Below are positions 11,385 through 23,840 of a stretch of 64,000 nt of DNA, one piece after another. Source of the DNA: Candidatus Nanopelagicaceae bacterium (GTDB taxonomy: Bacteria > Actinomycetota > Actinomycetes > Nanopelagicales > Nanopelagicaceae). Location of the stretch: NCBI GenBank assembly GCA_049430265.1, contig JBMTBW010000002.1:112620-176619 (forward strand). Reading direction: 5' to 3'. Numbering within the stretch: position 1 is the first letter of the stretch; the number at the start of each line of letters is the position of its first letter. The position numbers were made by a program, and so were the translations under genes. The notes under the pieces are model-generated. The model searched no databases and was not told the origin of the DNA. It saw only the letters and a program-made list of their open reading frames with translations.

Positions 11385-11517
11385 GGCGTAGTACTAGATA
11401 GAGCATCAGCATTAAAGTGGCAAAGGTAAATACTCCAAAAAATACTGGGGAGGCAGGAAGTTCACGCTTGGTTTCACTAAAGCTCTCCATCAGCATCGCA
11501 ATTGAAAGTAACTTCAT
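11371..11517 (-). CDS. Hypothetical 48-aa small membrane protein
   Basis: This ORF is below the track length cutoff: MKLLSIAMLMESFSETKRELPASPVFFGVFTFATLMLMLYLVLRLDRD. It fills the ligA-nadD gap exactly, has one C-terminal hydrophobic helix, and its stop overlaps the nadD start. Confidence 0.3.
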   Translation of the reverse strand: MKLLSIAMLMESFSETKRELPASPVFFGVFTFATLMLMLYLVLRLDRD

Positions 11518-11529
11518 CACTTACCTATC

Positions 11530-14648
<3,119 letters not shown>

Positions 14649-14658
14649 ATCTTTATTT

Positions 14659-15831
14659 TCAACCTCGGTAAGCGGCTCGGGCGCGATCAATTACGCGCTT
14701 GATACATGCTTCAAGATATTCGATTTCACTCTCACTATTGCTGATTCCAAGGGAAAAACGCAGAGAGCTGCGAGCTTGAGCCTGACTTCTTCCCATAGCT
14801 AGCAGAACATGGCTTGCTTCCTGGACTCCAGCGCTACAAGCAGAGCCAGTGCTACAAGCTATTCCTTCAGCATCAAATAACAGAAGCATTGAATCACTCT
14901 CAGTGGAAGGAAACTCGATATTAGCAATTCCAGGCAATATCTCTCCTTCTAAAGGCGAATTTAATCTCACATCACTGACTTGACCTTGAATTGTAGAGAT
15001 AAGTTTTGCTCGTAAAGCAAATACTTTCTGATAATTGCTCTCCATATCTCGCATCGCAGACGCTGTTGCAGAAACAAAGGATGCAATGCCGGCAGCATTT
15101 ATCGTGCCGCTTCTAATATCTCTCTCTTGTCCCCCGCCATGAAGTAATGGAGTGATATCAACGCCCTTTTTCAAAACCAGAGCAGCAACTCCAACTGGCC
15201 CGCCAACTTTATGGGCACTAACTGTCATGGCAAAGAGACCAAGATCTTTAAAGGAGAGTTTGACTTTTCCAAGACTTTGAACTGCATCGCTGTGGAGCGG
15301 GATTTTGTAAGCCTCTGCAAGTTTTGCAATCTCTTTAATTGGCTGAATTGTTCCCACTTCATTATTGGAATGCATCACACTTATTAGAGCTATCTCTTCA
15401 TGGCGCTCTTTGATTACTGATTCCATCTGCTCTAGATCTATATATCCATCTTTGCTGACATTAATCATCAAAATTTCTGCCTGACCAGATTCACCAAGCC
15501 AGAGCGCTGGATCTAAAACAGCGTGATGTTCGAAAGATGAAATTAGAATCAATCTTCGCTTTGGATCTTCTTTTAGTCGATGCCAGAAGATTCCTTTAAT
15601 GGCTAAGTTATTAGCCTCTGTTCCTGATGCGGTGAAGATAATCTCACTTGAGTGGCAGCCAATTAGGTTAGCTAGAGTCTCTCTTGACTCCTCCACTTTC
15701 TTTCGCGCCAAGCGTCCATTGCTATGAAGGCTTGATGGATTTCCCACCAGTTTTGATTGTTCAATAAAGCTCTCAAGTGCCACCGATGAGATCGGGGTGG
15801 TTGAAGCATGATCGAAATAGACCTGAGGCAT
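14659..15831 (-). CDS. iscS: Cysteine desulfurase (class V aminotransferase, IscS/NifS type)
   Basis: 390 aa with the PLP-lysine motif SAHKVGGP and an active-site Cys loop (CSTGSACSAG). It is paired with mnmA, as is usual in actinobacteria. Confidence 0.9.
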   Translation of the reverse strand: MPQVYFDHASTTPISSVALESFIEQSKLVGNPSSLHSNGRLARKKVEESRETLANLIGCHSSEIIFTASGTEANNLAIKGIFWHRLKEDPKRRLILISSFEHHAVLDPALWLGESGQAEILMINVSKDGYIDLEQMESVIKERHEEIALISVMHSNNEVGTIQPIKEIAKLAEAYKIPLHSDAVQSLGKVKLSFKDLGLFAMTVSAHKVGGPVGVAALVLKKGVDITPLLHGGGQERDIRSGTINAAGIASFVSATASAMRDMESNYQKVFALRAKLISTIQGQVSDVRLNSPLEGEILPGIANIEFPSTESDSMLLLFDAEGIACSTGSACSAGVQEASHVLLAMGRSQAQARSSLRFSLGISNSESEIEYLEACIKRVIDRARAAYRG

Positions 15832-15880
15832 ATTGCTAATTCTAAATGTCTTTAGGAAAAGCGCTTAATGGAGCCGAGCT

Positions 15881-16834
15881 TTAAGCGCGTTTAGCTGAGA
15901 TCGCTTGCCCAACTTGAGGCAGAACTGCAAATAAATCTCCAACCACACCAAAATCAGCGACATCAAATATTGGAGCTTCTGGATCTTTATTAATCGCCAC
16001 AATCGTCTTTGAGGTCTGCATGCCCGCTCGATGTTGAATTGCGCCAGATATTCCGCACGCTAAATAAAGTTGTGGGCTAACCGTCTTTCCAGTCTGACCA
16101 ACTTGATGAGTATGTGGATACCAACCAGCATCAGTTGCCGCTCTTGAAGCGCCAACTGCTGCCCCTAGTAAATCTGCTAGCGCTTCAACCGGTTTGAAAT
16201 CTCCATTTGTTCCACGTCCTCCGGAGATAACTACTTTTGCCTCTGTTAGCTCTGGCCTCCCGCCTTTGACGGCAGGTTTGGAATCAGTAATAGTTACAAG
16301 TTTTGCCTTTTCAGAAATCACAGCATCGACTTTTTCAAAAGCTGGCGCACTTGATCCAACTTCAGCCTCAATTGCTGAGGGGCGAATAGTTATCACTGGA
16401 ATTCCTGCACTGACTTTTGAAGAGACCGTAAATGAACCACCAAAGACAGATTGAGTAGCGCTTAGATCAGAGGCGAAATCGATAGCATCAGTAATAACTC
16501 CGCTATTTAATCTAATCGCCAATCTCCCTGCTATCTCTTTTCCTGCAGAAGTTGAGGGAATCAAGATTGCATCAGGCTTTACTTTTTCAACTACCTGAGT
16601 AATTGCATCAAGAAGGCAAGCCTGGCCGTGCTTTGCAAAATCATTACTTTCAACTGCAATGACCTGTCCGATAACAGTATTTGCTAATTGCTCACTTAAG
16701 GCTTGGCTCTGACCCTCTGGTGCAAGGATTAGCCCAACACAATCGCCTGCTCGCTTAGCAAAAGTTGCTAGCTCCCCAGCAGTTTTCGCTACTTTTCCTG
16801 AGGCGTGATCGACCAAAATCAATACCTTTGCCAT
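15881..16834 (-). CDS. etfA: Electron transfer flavoprotein alpha subunit
   Basis: 317 aa with the C-terminal FAD-binding signature ([17 protein letters not shown]). It follows etfB. Confidence 0.9.
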   Translation of the reverse strand: MAKVLILVDHASGKVAKTAGELATFAKRAGDCVGLILAPEGQSQALSEQLANTVIGQVIAVESNDFAKHGQACLLDAITQVVEKVKPDAILIPSTSAGKEIAGRLAIRLNSGVITDAIDFASDLSATQSVFGGSFTVSSKVSAGIPVITIRPSAIEAEVGSSAPAFEKVDAVISEKAKLVTITDSKPAVKGGRPELTEAKVVISGGRGTNGDFKPVEALADLLGAAVGASRAATDAGWYPHTHQVGQTGKTVSPQLYLACGISGAIQHRAGMQTSKTIVAINKDPEAPIFDVADFGVVGDLFAVLPQVGQAISAKRA

Positions 16835-16836
16835 TG

Positions 16837-17637
16837 CTAGACCAATCTCTTTTCTTGAAGGAACTCGGCAAGTTTTAATCCGCCCTCACCACTATCTTCA
16901 ATCTTGATGCCTTTATCGCGAGGCGGACGAGCCTTTGCATCTAACACTGCGCTCCAGGCGCCACTTATTCCAACCTCACTTGGGGAAATTCCAAGATCGC
17001 TAAGGCTTTTGGTTGCGATTGTTTTCTTCTTAGCAGCCATGATTCCCTTAAATGAGGGATAGCGAGGTTCATTTATTTTTTCTATAACGCTAACAACGCA
17101 AGGAAGAGCTGCCGACATAACTTCAACGCCGCTCTCACTCATTCTGGCAATTTCAACGCTAGATGATGAAGGATCAACTTTTACAGATCCTGCAAAAGTT
17201 AGTTGGGCCCAACCAAGTCGTTCTGCAAGCATTGCAGGAATAACGCTCATACGTGCATCAGTTGATTCGGTGCCGCAGAAAACTAAATCAAAACCGCCAT
17301 CGCTAATTACTTTTGCTAATACTTTTGAAGTTGTAAGCGCATCAGATCCACTTAGAGCTGGATCACTGATCAATATCGCTTCATCTGCTCCCATCGATAG
17401 ACCTTTACGTATTGCCTCACTGGCCCGATCTGGTCCCATAGAAATTAAAGTGATGCTATGAGTTGCTCCTGCAGCATTTAACGGTTCAACAATTCGAAGC
17501 GCTTCTTCAATGGCATATTCATCTAAATCATTTAAAACTGCATCCACGCTGGCTCGATCAAGAAGTCCATTGACCATTTTCTTCTCGGCCCAAGAGTCTG
17601 GGACTTGCTTGACACATATCGCTATCTTCACAGGCAT
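16837..17637 (-). CDS. etfB: Electron transfer flavoprotein beta subunit
   Basis: The EtfB N-terminus MPVKIAICVKQVPD begins at ATG 17637. The first 20 codons of the track ORF are an upstream extension. Confidence 0.9.
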   Translation of the reverse strand: MPVKIAICVKQVPDSWAEKKMVNGLLDRASVDAVLNDLDEYAIEEALRIVEPLNAAGATHSITLISMGPDRASEAIRKGLSMGADEAILISDPALSGSDALTTSKVLAKVISDGGFDLVFCGTESTDARMSVIPAMLAERLGWAQLTFAGSVKVDPSSSSVEIARMSESGVEVMSAALPCVVSVIEKINEPRYPSFKGIMAAKKKTIATKSLSDLGISPSEVGISGAWSAVLDAKARPPRDKGIKIEDSGEGGLKLAEFLQEKRLV

Positions 17638-17715
17638 TATGTTACTGGGCAGTAACCTTGCTCTCCACTCCAATTGATCGCTATGGGGTGGCATCAATAA
17701 AGATTAGGAGAGTGC

Positions 17716-19827
17716 TTGAATAGCAAAGTGAAGCCAGCCAATCCCCACATTCTCGGCAGTCAGGTTAGAAATGGCGGCACCGACTTTGCGATCTGGGCCG
17801 CAGAGTCGGCTAGTCGAGTAGAACTCTGCCTCTTTGATCAAGTAGATGGCGGCTTTGCTGAGAGGCACTTTGAATTAACTCATAGAGATGGAGCTATCTG
17901 GCACGGGCATATAGAAGGTGTGGGAGTTGGACAAAGGTATGGATATCGAATCCATGGCCCATGGAAGCCAGATGAGGGCGCGAGATTTAATCCAGCAAAA
18001 CTTCTCATTGACCCCTACGCGCATCTTCTAGAGGGTGAAGTTATTTATAGCCCAGAGATTTATGGCCACCGCGCTTTGGCAAGTGATGGCACTGGCGATA
18101 TCAATGAAATAGATGATCGAAACTCTGCCGGCTTTATCCCCTTCTCTGTTGTAACTGCAAACGCCCCAAGAATTCTAAGTCGTCCAAACACCTCTTGGAA
18201 AAGAACTCTCATCTATGAAGCACACGTAAAAGGATTAACAGCTAAGAATTATGAGATTCCAGAACATGAGCGTGGAAGCTATAAAGCGCTCTCTCATCCA
18301 TCAACAATAAAATATTTAAAAACTCTTGGCGTAACCGCTCTTGAGCTTCTTCCTATTCATCAATTCACAACGGAAGTTGCAGTTGCAGCAAGAGGGCGAG
18401 TAAATCACTGGGGCTATAACCCAATTGCATTCTCAGCTCCGCACCGGGGCTATGCAGCAACAGATGACCCAATTGGCGAACTGCAAGCAAGTGTTGATGC
18501 GCTTCACTTAGCAGGCATTGAGGTAATTCTTGATGTGGTCTATAACCATAGCGCTGAAGAAGGTTTAGCAGGGCCTACCTATAGCTTTAAAGGAATTGAT
18601 AATCGCTATTTCTATCGCCATAGTGATTACTCTAATTACGAAGATTTAACTGGCTGTGGAAATACTCTAGATAGCAGAAACCCATTTGTCACTCAGATGA
18701 TTATTGATTCTCTTAAATGGTGGTCTCAGATAATTGGCGTCGATGGATTTAGATTTGATTTAACTAGCGCAATCTGGGGCCAGAGTGGCACCGATTTAAT
18801 TGCAGCGATATTAGATGACCCAATTTTAAGTCAGCGAAAATTAATTGCAGAGCCTTGGGATGTAACTACCTATCAACTAGGAGCTTTTCCACGCCCCTTT
18901 AGAGAATGGAATGATGCCTATAGGGATGGCTTAAGGCAGTTCTGGCTAGCTGATAATGCAAATAACTCACCTTCTGGAGTTTCAAATCTAGCTAAACGAA
19001 TTGCAGGATCAGATGACATCTTCTCATCTCGCGGGCCAACATCATCTATTAATTTCATCACTGCTCACGATGGTTTTACTCTAAATGATTTAACCTCATT
19101 TTCTCAGAAAAATAATGAGATAAATGGCGAAGGGAATCGCGATGGCAGTAATGAGAATAGATCTTGGAATCTAGGAGTTGAAGGGGTGAGTAGCGATCTA
19201 GAAATAATAGCTAAGAGAGCCCAATTGCAAAGATCAATGCTGGCAACTCTCTTACTTTCATCTGGAGTTCCGATGATTGCTATGGGTGATGAAATATCTA
19301 GAACTCAGCATGGCTGCAATAATGCATACTCTCTCTCGCCAAATCATCGCCCTGATAGCAGAGAAAATCTCTATGGCGCATGGGCCCTAGATTGGAAGCT
19401 TAATAATCTGCAAAAAACTGCTTTAGAATCTTTAGCAACGCTTAGCCAGATTCGCACTAACTACTTGATTGATGCAACCGAGGAGTTCTTTACTGGAGAT
19501 CTTGATCAGGAAAGCCTTAGAAAAGATATTGCCTGGTTTCAAAGTGATGGAAGTGAGATGGCTGAAGGAAGCTGGCTTGAACCCCAACTTCGCTATCTGG
19601 GCTTTGCTATCGATGCAAGGGATGCTCAAGGATTATTTGTTGCAATTAATGGCGGGATGAGCGACTTAGACTTTAAGCTTCCGGGAGCCAGCTGGGGTAA
19701 TTCCTATCGAAGTATCTTTGACTCTAGTGAGAGCGTCTCTGACTTTGCTCCGATTCTAAAAAAGCCTGATGATACTTTCTCAATAAAAGCTTTGACTCTG
19801 CAGATCTGGTTAATAAATCGGAGTTAA
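17716..19827 (+). CDS. glgX: Glycogen debranching enzyme GlgX (GH13)
   Basis: 703 aa with GH13 motifs (DVVYNH, GFRFDLTSAI, LIAEPWD, FITAHDGFTLNDL). The start is TTG at 17716, with an alternative GTG at 17728. Confidence 0.9.
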   Translation: MNSKVKPANPHILGSQVRNGGTDFAIWAAESASRVELCLFDQVDGGFAERHFELTHRDGAIWHGHIEGVGVGQRYGYRIHGPWKPDEGARFNPAKLLIDPYAHLLEGEVIYSPEIYGHRALASDGTGDINEIDDRNSAGFIPFSVVTANAPRILSRPNTSWKRTLIYEAHVKGLTAKNYEIPEHERGSYKALSHPSTIKYLKTLGVTALELLPIHQFTTEVAVAARGRVNHWGYNPIAFSAPHRGYAATDDPIGELQASVDALHLAGIEVILDVVYNHSAEEGLAGPTYSFKGIDNRYFYRHSDYSNYEDLTGCGNTLDSRNPFVTQMIIDSLKWWSQIIGVDGFRFDLTSAIWGQSGTDLIAAILDDPILSQRKLIAEPWDVTTYQLGAFPRPFREWNDAYRDGLRQFWLADNANNSPSGVSNLAKRIAGSDDIFSSRGPTSSINFITAHDGFTLNDLTSFSQKNNEINGEGNRDGSNENRSWNLGVEGVSSDLEIIAKRAQLQRSMLATLLLSSGVPMIAMGDEISRTQHGCNNAYSLSPNHRPDSRENLYGAWALDWKLNNLQKTALESLATLSQIRTNYLIDATEEFFTGDLDQESLRKDIAWFQSDGSEMAEGSWLEPQLRYLGFAIDARDAQGLFVAINGGMSDLDFKLPGASWGNSYRSIFDSSESVSDFAPILKKPDDTFSIKALTLQIWLINRS

Positions 19828-20561
19828 TCGACCTTAAAAACTACTGAAACGGTTGAAGTAATTGTCTTATCAATCGTTTGAGTGTCATAAAAGCCACCCG
19901 ATGAAGTATCAACTGAATCAGGAGATGTGACTTGGAAAGGCCCTGATCGAACGCTCATTACTGCACCAACGCTTCCCCCTGTTGCTTCAACAATTGCTTC
20001 AGCACGTATCTTGGCATCAGTCATCGCTTCTTTGAGTAGCTCTGGGCGAAGCTCACTTAACTTAGAGACATAAAACTGTGGTCCATAGTTGGTAACGCTA
20101 ATTCCGCTTTGAAGAAGAGATCCAATCTGATTACTTAATTTAAAAATCAACTCAACATCATCACTTCTAACAGTTATTGACCTTGAAGCGCGATAGTTAA
20201 GAATTCGTCCGGTGCTATTTCCATTTGAATACTCTTCTTGCGGATAGGCAGAGACAGAGCCAAGTTCAATTGCTCCACTTGCTACTCCCCCATTTGTTAA
20301 ATACTCAGTGACAGCAAGAGTTGTAGCTTCAACTTTTCTCACTGATTCAGAGATTGTGGGAGCTACTTGCTCGGCATTTAAAGTCCATACTGCGCGATCT
20401 GCTTTAGCATCAACGCGGGCAGAGCCAGTAACTGTTATTCCCTCACTACTTCTTGAGGCAAATCCAGAACCGACTTGGTTTAGACCAAGCCCAATTGCAA
20501 TTGCTAAAACTGCAGATGCTGCAATTAAAGTTATAGATTTCTCTCTCTGGCTCTCACTCAT
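19824..20561 (-). CDS. SIMPL/DUF541-domain protein
   Basis: 245 aa with an N-terminal TM anchor followed by a SIMPL-type pattern (ITVTGSARVDAKADRAVW ... YRASRSITVRSDD ... AKIRAEAIVEATGG). Confidence 0.7.
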   Translation of the reverse strand: MSESQREKSITLIAASAVLAIAIGLGLNQVGSGFASRSSEGITVTGSARVDAKADRAVWTLNAEQVAPTISESVRKVEATTLAVTEYLTNGGVASGAIELGSVSAYPQEEYSNGNSTGRILNYRASRSITVRSDDVELIFKLSNQIGSLLQSGISVTNYGPQFYVSKLSELRPELLKEAMTDAKIRAEAIVEATGGSVGAVMSVRSGPFQVTSPDSVDTSSGGFYDTQTIDKTITSTVSVVFKVD

Positions 20562-21073
20562 ACCGAGAGCCTATCAGCAAGATTTGATGCTGCCTCAATT
20601 TCCACCCTGCGAAAAGGTTCAAGAAAATCATCCCAGGGCCTTCCCATCAACTTCTCAAGAGCAAGTGTTAAATCACTTTGGATTAAATTTTGAGTGATAG
20701 CACTCTTTAACATATCTTCACTAACCACAATCTGTCCTTGACTATTTATAGATCCTCGGTAGAGCCCAAGTTCTTTGGTATAGAAATAAATAGACCCTTC
20801 AGAGGAATTAAACTCAGAAAGTTCAAAGATTAGATAGCTCCAAGATTTAAGGACGTTGACAATCTTTGCCCCACTTCCAATTGCGCTGCTATAACTCATC
20901 TGCCCTCGATAAGAACCTGGCTTTAGCACTTGGCTATGCCAATTAATATTTACCCTTTCATTAAGCTCTCGCTCTAGCCCGGCCTCGAGATGCTTTATTA
21001 GAGTTTTAGGGCATGAGTAGATATTTAGCCGGCCATGGCAATAGCCGATCTCACTTGGGCTATAGGTAATCAA
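20558..21073 (-). CDS. DUF3145-domain protein (actinobacteria-specific)
   Basis: The pattern GRLNIYSCPKTL...INWHSQ...ELSEF...LMGRPWDDFLEPFR resembles DUF3145. I chose the TTG start at 21073 because AAGGAG lies 6 nt upstream. The track ORF extends to 21133. Confidence 0.7.
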   Translation of the reverse strand: MITYSPSEIGYCHGRLNIYSCPKTLIKHLEAGLERELNERVNINWHSQVLKPGSYRGQMSYSSAIGSGAKIVNVLKSWSYLIFELSEFNSSEGSIYFYTKELGLYRGSINSQGQIVVSEDMLKSAITQNLIQSDLTLALEKLMGRPWDDFLEPFRRVEIEAASNLADRLSV

Positions 21074-21133
21074 GAGCTGCTCCTTATATATAAGGACGTA
21101 TCTATCTCTTAGATGCGACCTTCCCCAGCCCAC

Positions 21134-21370
21134 CTAGCGATAGCGCTCTTGCAATAGGTGAATTCTTGCCATAGTTCCACGCTTATTTCAATAGATCAGG
21201 ACGTTTGCCCCTTTTTTGATATTCGTACCTTCAGGGTAGGCTTGGCGCTAGTCCAACGCTTATCAGTACCCGCTTGATAGCTTTCGCTTGAATCGGTATC
21301 GCTGTAGAACGGAAAGACTGGCGAACGTGGAATTCACGTTTGTCCCCAAAATACCGAAGGAAAGTTATAA
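21134..21370 (+). promoter_or_regulatory. Promoter and long 5' leader of the cold-shock gene
   Basis: 237-bp non-coding region upstream of cspA ending in GAAGGAAAG. It contains a small hairpin (AACGTG-GAATT-CACGTT). Long structured leaders are typical of csp genes. Confidence 0.45.
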
Positions 21371-21574
21371 ATGGCAACAGGTACAGTTAAGTGGTTCAAC
21401 TCTGAAAAGGGTTTTGGTTTCATCGCTGTTGATGGTGGCGGACAGGACGTATTCGTTCATTACTCTGCTATCCAAGGAAACGGCTACAAGTCCCTTGAAG
21501 AGGGTCAGTCAGTAACGTTTGAAGTTGTCCAGGGACCAAAGGGTCCTCAGGCAGATGCAGTTACTGCTAACTAA
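21371..21574 (+). CDS. cspA: Cold-shock protein (CspA family)
   Basis: 67 aa with RNP1 (KGFGFI) and RNP2 (VFVHY) motifs. Confidence 0.95.
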   Translation: MATGTVKWFNSEKGFGFIAVDGGGQDVFVHYSAIQGNGYKSLEEGQSVTFEVVQGPKGPQADAVTAN

Positions 21575-21593
21575 TTACACTAACTAGTTATAG

Positions 21594-21624
21594 AAAAGCC
21601 CCAGAGAAATCTGGGGCTTTTTTT
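21594..21624. terminator. Bidirectional intrinsic terminator between cspA and the M23 peptidase gene
   Basis: AAAAGCCCCA-GAGAAATC-TGGGGCTTTTTTT: a 7-bp GC stem flanked by an A-run and a T-run, placed between convergent genes. Confidence 0.75.
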
Positions 21625-22189
21625 ATTTCCCAGCCTTAGCCTTTGCATTAGCAACAGCTTTTGCTGGAGATAAATCCTTGCCCGCTTTCCAAGCATCTAA
21701 ATACTTCCAAGGAGCAACAACTCCTCGTCTGATTTCCCAATCTCCTGGCTGCGTTTGATAAGAGATTCCAAAGTGGAGATGTGGGCGAGGAACTCCCCTA
21801 GCGCTACCGCTAGTTCCAATTTCACCTAGCTTCTGACCAACTTCAACTCGAAGCCCAGGAACAATTTCTTTCATAACTTTAGAGAGATGTGATCCGTAGT
21901 AGCGCACACCATCATCGCCGATTAGAGAGATTGAGCGACCGCCACGGTGTTGACCTAAATTAGTTTTACCGCTCCAGAGATCTTTTCTACTTACATCTTG
22001 AATTACTCCCCCAATAGGAGCCACAAATGAGCAACCGAGCTCTGCCTTGATATCAGTTGCCGGATAATCATGATGATACTTTCCATAGACTGTTTCGCAG
22101 CCAACTACAGGATAGGTATAGATGGGGGCGGCAGAACTTGGTGATAAATTAGCGAAAAGTAGAGTTAGAACTAGCCATGTTTTCTTCAT
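21623..22189 (-). CDS. Secreted M23-family metallopeptidase
   Basis: 188 aa with a signal peptide and M23 zinc motifs (HHDYPATD; PHLHFGI). The start overlaps the blh stop (ATGA). Confidence 0.8.
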   Translation of the reverse strand: MKKTWLVLTLLFANLSPSSAAPIYTYPVVGCETVYGKYHHDYPATDIKAELGCSFVAPIGGVIQDVSRKDLWSGKTNLGQHRGGRSISLIGDDGVRYYGSHLSKVMKEIVPGLRVEVGQKLGEIGTSGSARGVPRPHLHFGISYQTQPGDWEIRRGVVAPWKYLDAWKAGKDLSPAKAVANAKAKAGK

Positions 22190-23142
22190 TTAAAGGCCGC
22201 CTTATCTAATCTTGCTGTAACCATCATGTGAGGAACTGTTAGCGCCCAGACCACAACCAGCGAGAGCCAGAGCAGTTCATCGCTAAGTCTTTCAGGGCTA
22301 AAGGCAGCAAGTGCTAGCGACACTATGAAAGTGCCCACAAGTGCAGGCAGGCCCGGAATGACTGCTTGGAGAAATGCTTTAGCTGAATTGCCTTGAGTAA
22401 CAAAGCTCTGCGAACTCTTTAGATTTAACGTCAGCCTTGCCGTGTGGCGCATCGCATGCCAGAGACCAAAGTAGGCAGCAAAGGCAACAAGTGGCGGAGT
22501 AAGGGTTGCTAAAAGAAAGAGAATTGAAAGATCTAACCCATCTCGAAAGCGCTTGGATAAGAGCTGGATTATTAGAGCGAGGAGAAAGAAAATAGTTACT
22601 AAGTTATTTAGCTCTTCGGCAAATCCCCCATGCCAATTTAATAGAGCTGGATTTACTGCATTAAGAGCTGAGGTGCTCATCTGATTTGTTAGCGGAATTA
22701 CTACCGGTATTAATCCAGCACTTCCTGCATAAAAGAATTGAGCTAAACGAGGTGAAGCGCTTTGATTGGCCGATCTATCTAACTCTGAAATAAATGCAGC
22801 ATCGCCAATTCCAAAGTGAAGGGCGCTCATTGCCACCACAGCGATAAAGCCGGCAGTATTCCAATTAAGAATTGCCCAAACTGCAATGATTGCAATTGCA
22901 ACATAAATTGCAATAAATAATGTCATCTTTATAACTGAGGAGCGCGGAAGAGTAACTAGATGATCTAGCGCGCCATGGGGAATCCCAATCGCTAAAGCGA
23001 TCAAAGCAATTATTACTTGCCAGGTAATTGTTGATTCATCAATCAATTGCGAGAAGACAAGAGAGAGCAGTAGAACAAAAGTTGCGGCTAGGCTTGAAAA
23101 GCTCCTGGTGCTTGTAAAGATCCTCTTTTGTGCAAGCGACAT
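22186..23142 (-). CDS. blh: Brp/Blh-family beta-carotene 15,15'-dioxygenase
   Basis: 318-aa polytopic membrane ORF with the four conserved His positions of the family (GIPHGALDH, ALHFGIGD, LWHAMRH, VPHMM). Confidence 0.8.
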   Translation of the reverse strand: MSLAQKRIFTSTRSFSSLAATFVLLLSLVFSQLIDESTITWQVIIALIALAIGIPHGALDHLVTLPRSSVIKMTLFIAIYVAIAIIAVWAILNWNTAGFIAVVAMSALHFGIGDAAFISELDRSANQSASPRLAQFFYAGSAGLIPVVIPLTNQMSTSALNAVNPALLNWHGGFAEELNNLVTIFFLLALIIQLLSKRFRDGLDLSILFLLATLTPPLVAFAAYFGLWHAMRHTARLTLNLKSSQSFVTQGNSAKAFLQAVIPGLPALVGTFIVSLALAAFSPERLSDELLWLSLVVVWALTVPHMMVTARLDKAAFK

Positions 23143-23190
23143 ATAGGCAGATTAGCAAAACCGCATTGGTCAATATGAGAAACTATCGAA

Positions 23191-23529
23191 ATGTCGCAGG
23201 GTTTAGAGCTTGCCAACTGGTCATATGTTGCAATGTTGCTATTTACTCTCATCGGATCTTGGTGGCTGGAGTTTGCATTTAAAATCAAAGTGCTCCGCCG
23301 TCCTAAAAAATTGCTTCTATCGATTCTTCCCATAAGTGTTTTCTTTCTTACCTGGGATGCTTTTGCAATCTACCAAAAGCATTGGACCTTTGATCCAGAT
23401 CAAATCTTGGGATTTTATGGACCCTTAGATATTCCACTAGAGGAGTTTGCTTTTTTTGTAATCATTCCAATTGCAGCAATTCTTACCCTAGAGGGCGTTA
23501 AAGTTGTTCTGAATAGGATTAAGAGATGA
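23191..23529 (+). CDS. crtYc: Lycopene cyclase domain protein (heterodimeric cyclase subunit)
   Basis: 112-aa, 3-TM ORF with the lycopene-cyclase-domain PxEE motif (IPLEEFAFFVIIP). It is ATGA-coupled to a second half-size cyclase ORF. Confidence 0.75.
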   Translation: MSQGLELANWSYVAMLLFTLIGSWWLEFAFKIKVLRRPKKLLLSILPISVFFLTWDAFAIYQKHWTFDPDQILGFYGPLDIPLEEFAFFVIIPIAAILTLEGVKVVLNRIKR

Positions 23530-23840
23530 GATTTGAACTCTCCTACACTCAGATAACGGTCTATGCCTTGATTCTCACTATCTTCTTTGACATGTTTATT
23601 ACTAAAAACTCGCTTCTTTCCACATTGAGATTTTGGTTTAGCTATTTCATCATTTTGCCATTTCAACTCTTTACTAATTGGTGGCTCACTTCGCGAGAGA
23701 TTGTCATCTATAACAGTGAGTCAATAATTGGATTGCGTCTTGCGGGAGCGCCGATTGAAGATTTGATCTTTGGCTTTGCAATGATTTTGGCAGTGATGAG
23801 TCTTTGGGAATCAAAAACTAATGCAGGTAAGATTCGATGA
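23526..23840 (+). CDS. crtYd: Lycopene cyclase domain protein (heterodimeric cyclase subunit)
   Basis: 104-aa, 3-TM ORF with the second PxE(D/E) motif (APIEDLIFGFAMIL). Confidence 0.75.
   Translation: MRFELSYTQITVYALILTIFFDMFITKNSLLSTLRFWFSYFIILPFQLFTNWWLTSREIVIYNSESIIGLRLAGAPIEDLIFGFAMILAVMSLWESKTNAGKIR

Noticed and set aside
21288-21515. 75-aa ORF overlapping the cspA leader and coding region in another frame
   Set aside because: cspA is unambiguous (RNP1 and RNP2 motifs, SD, terminator). The overlapping frame has no supporting signals.
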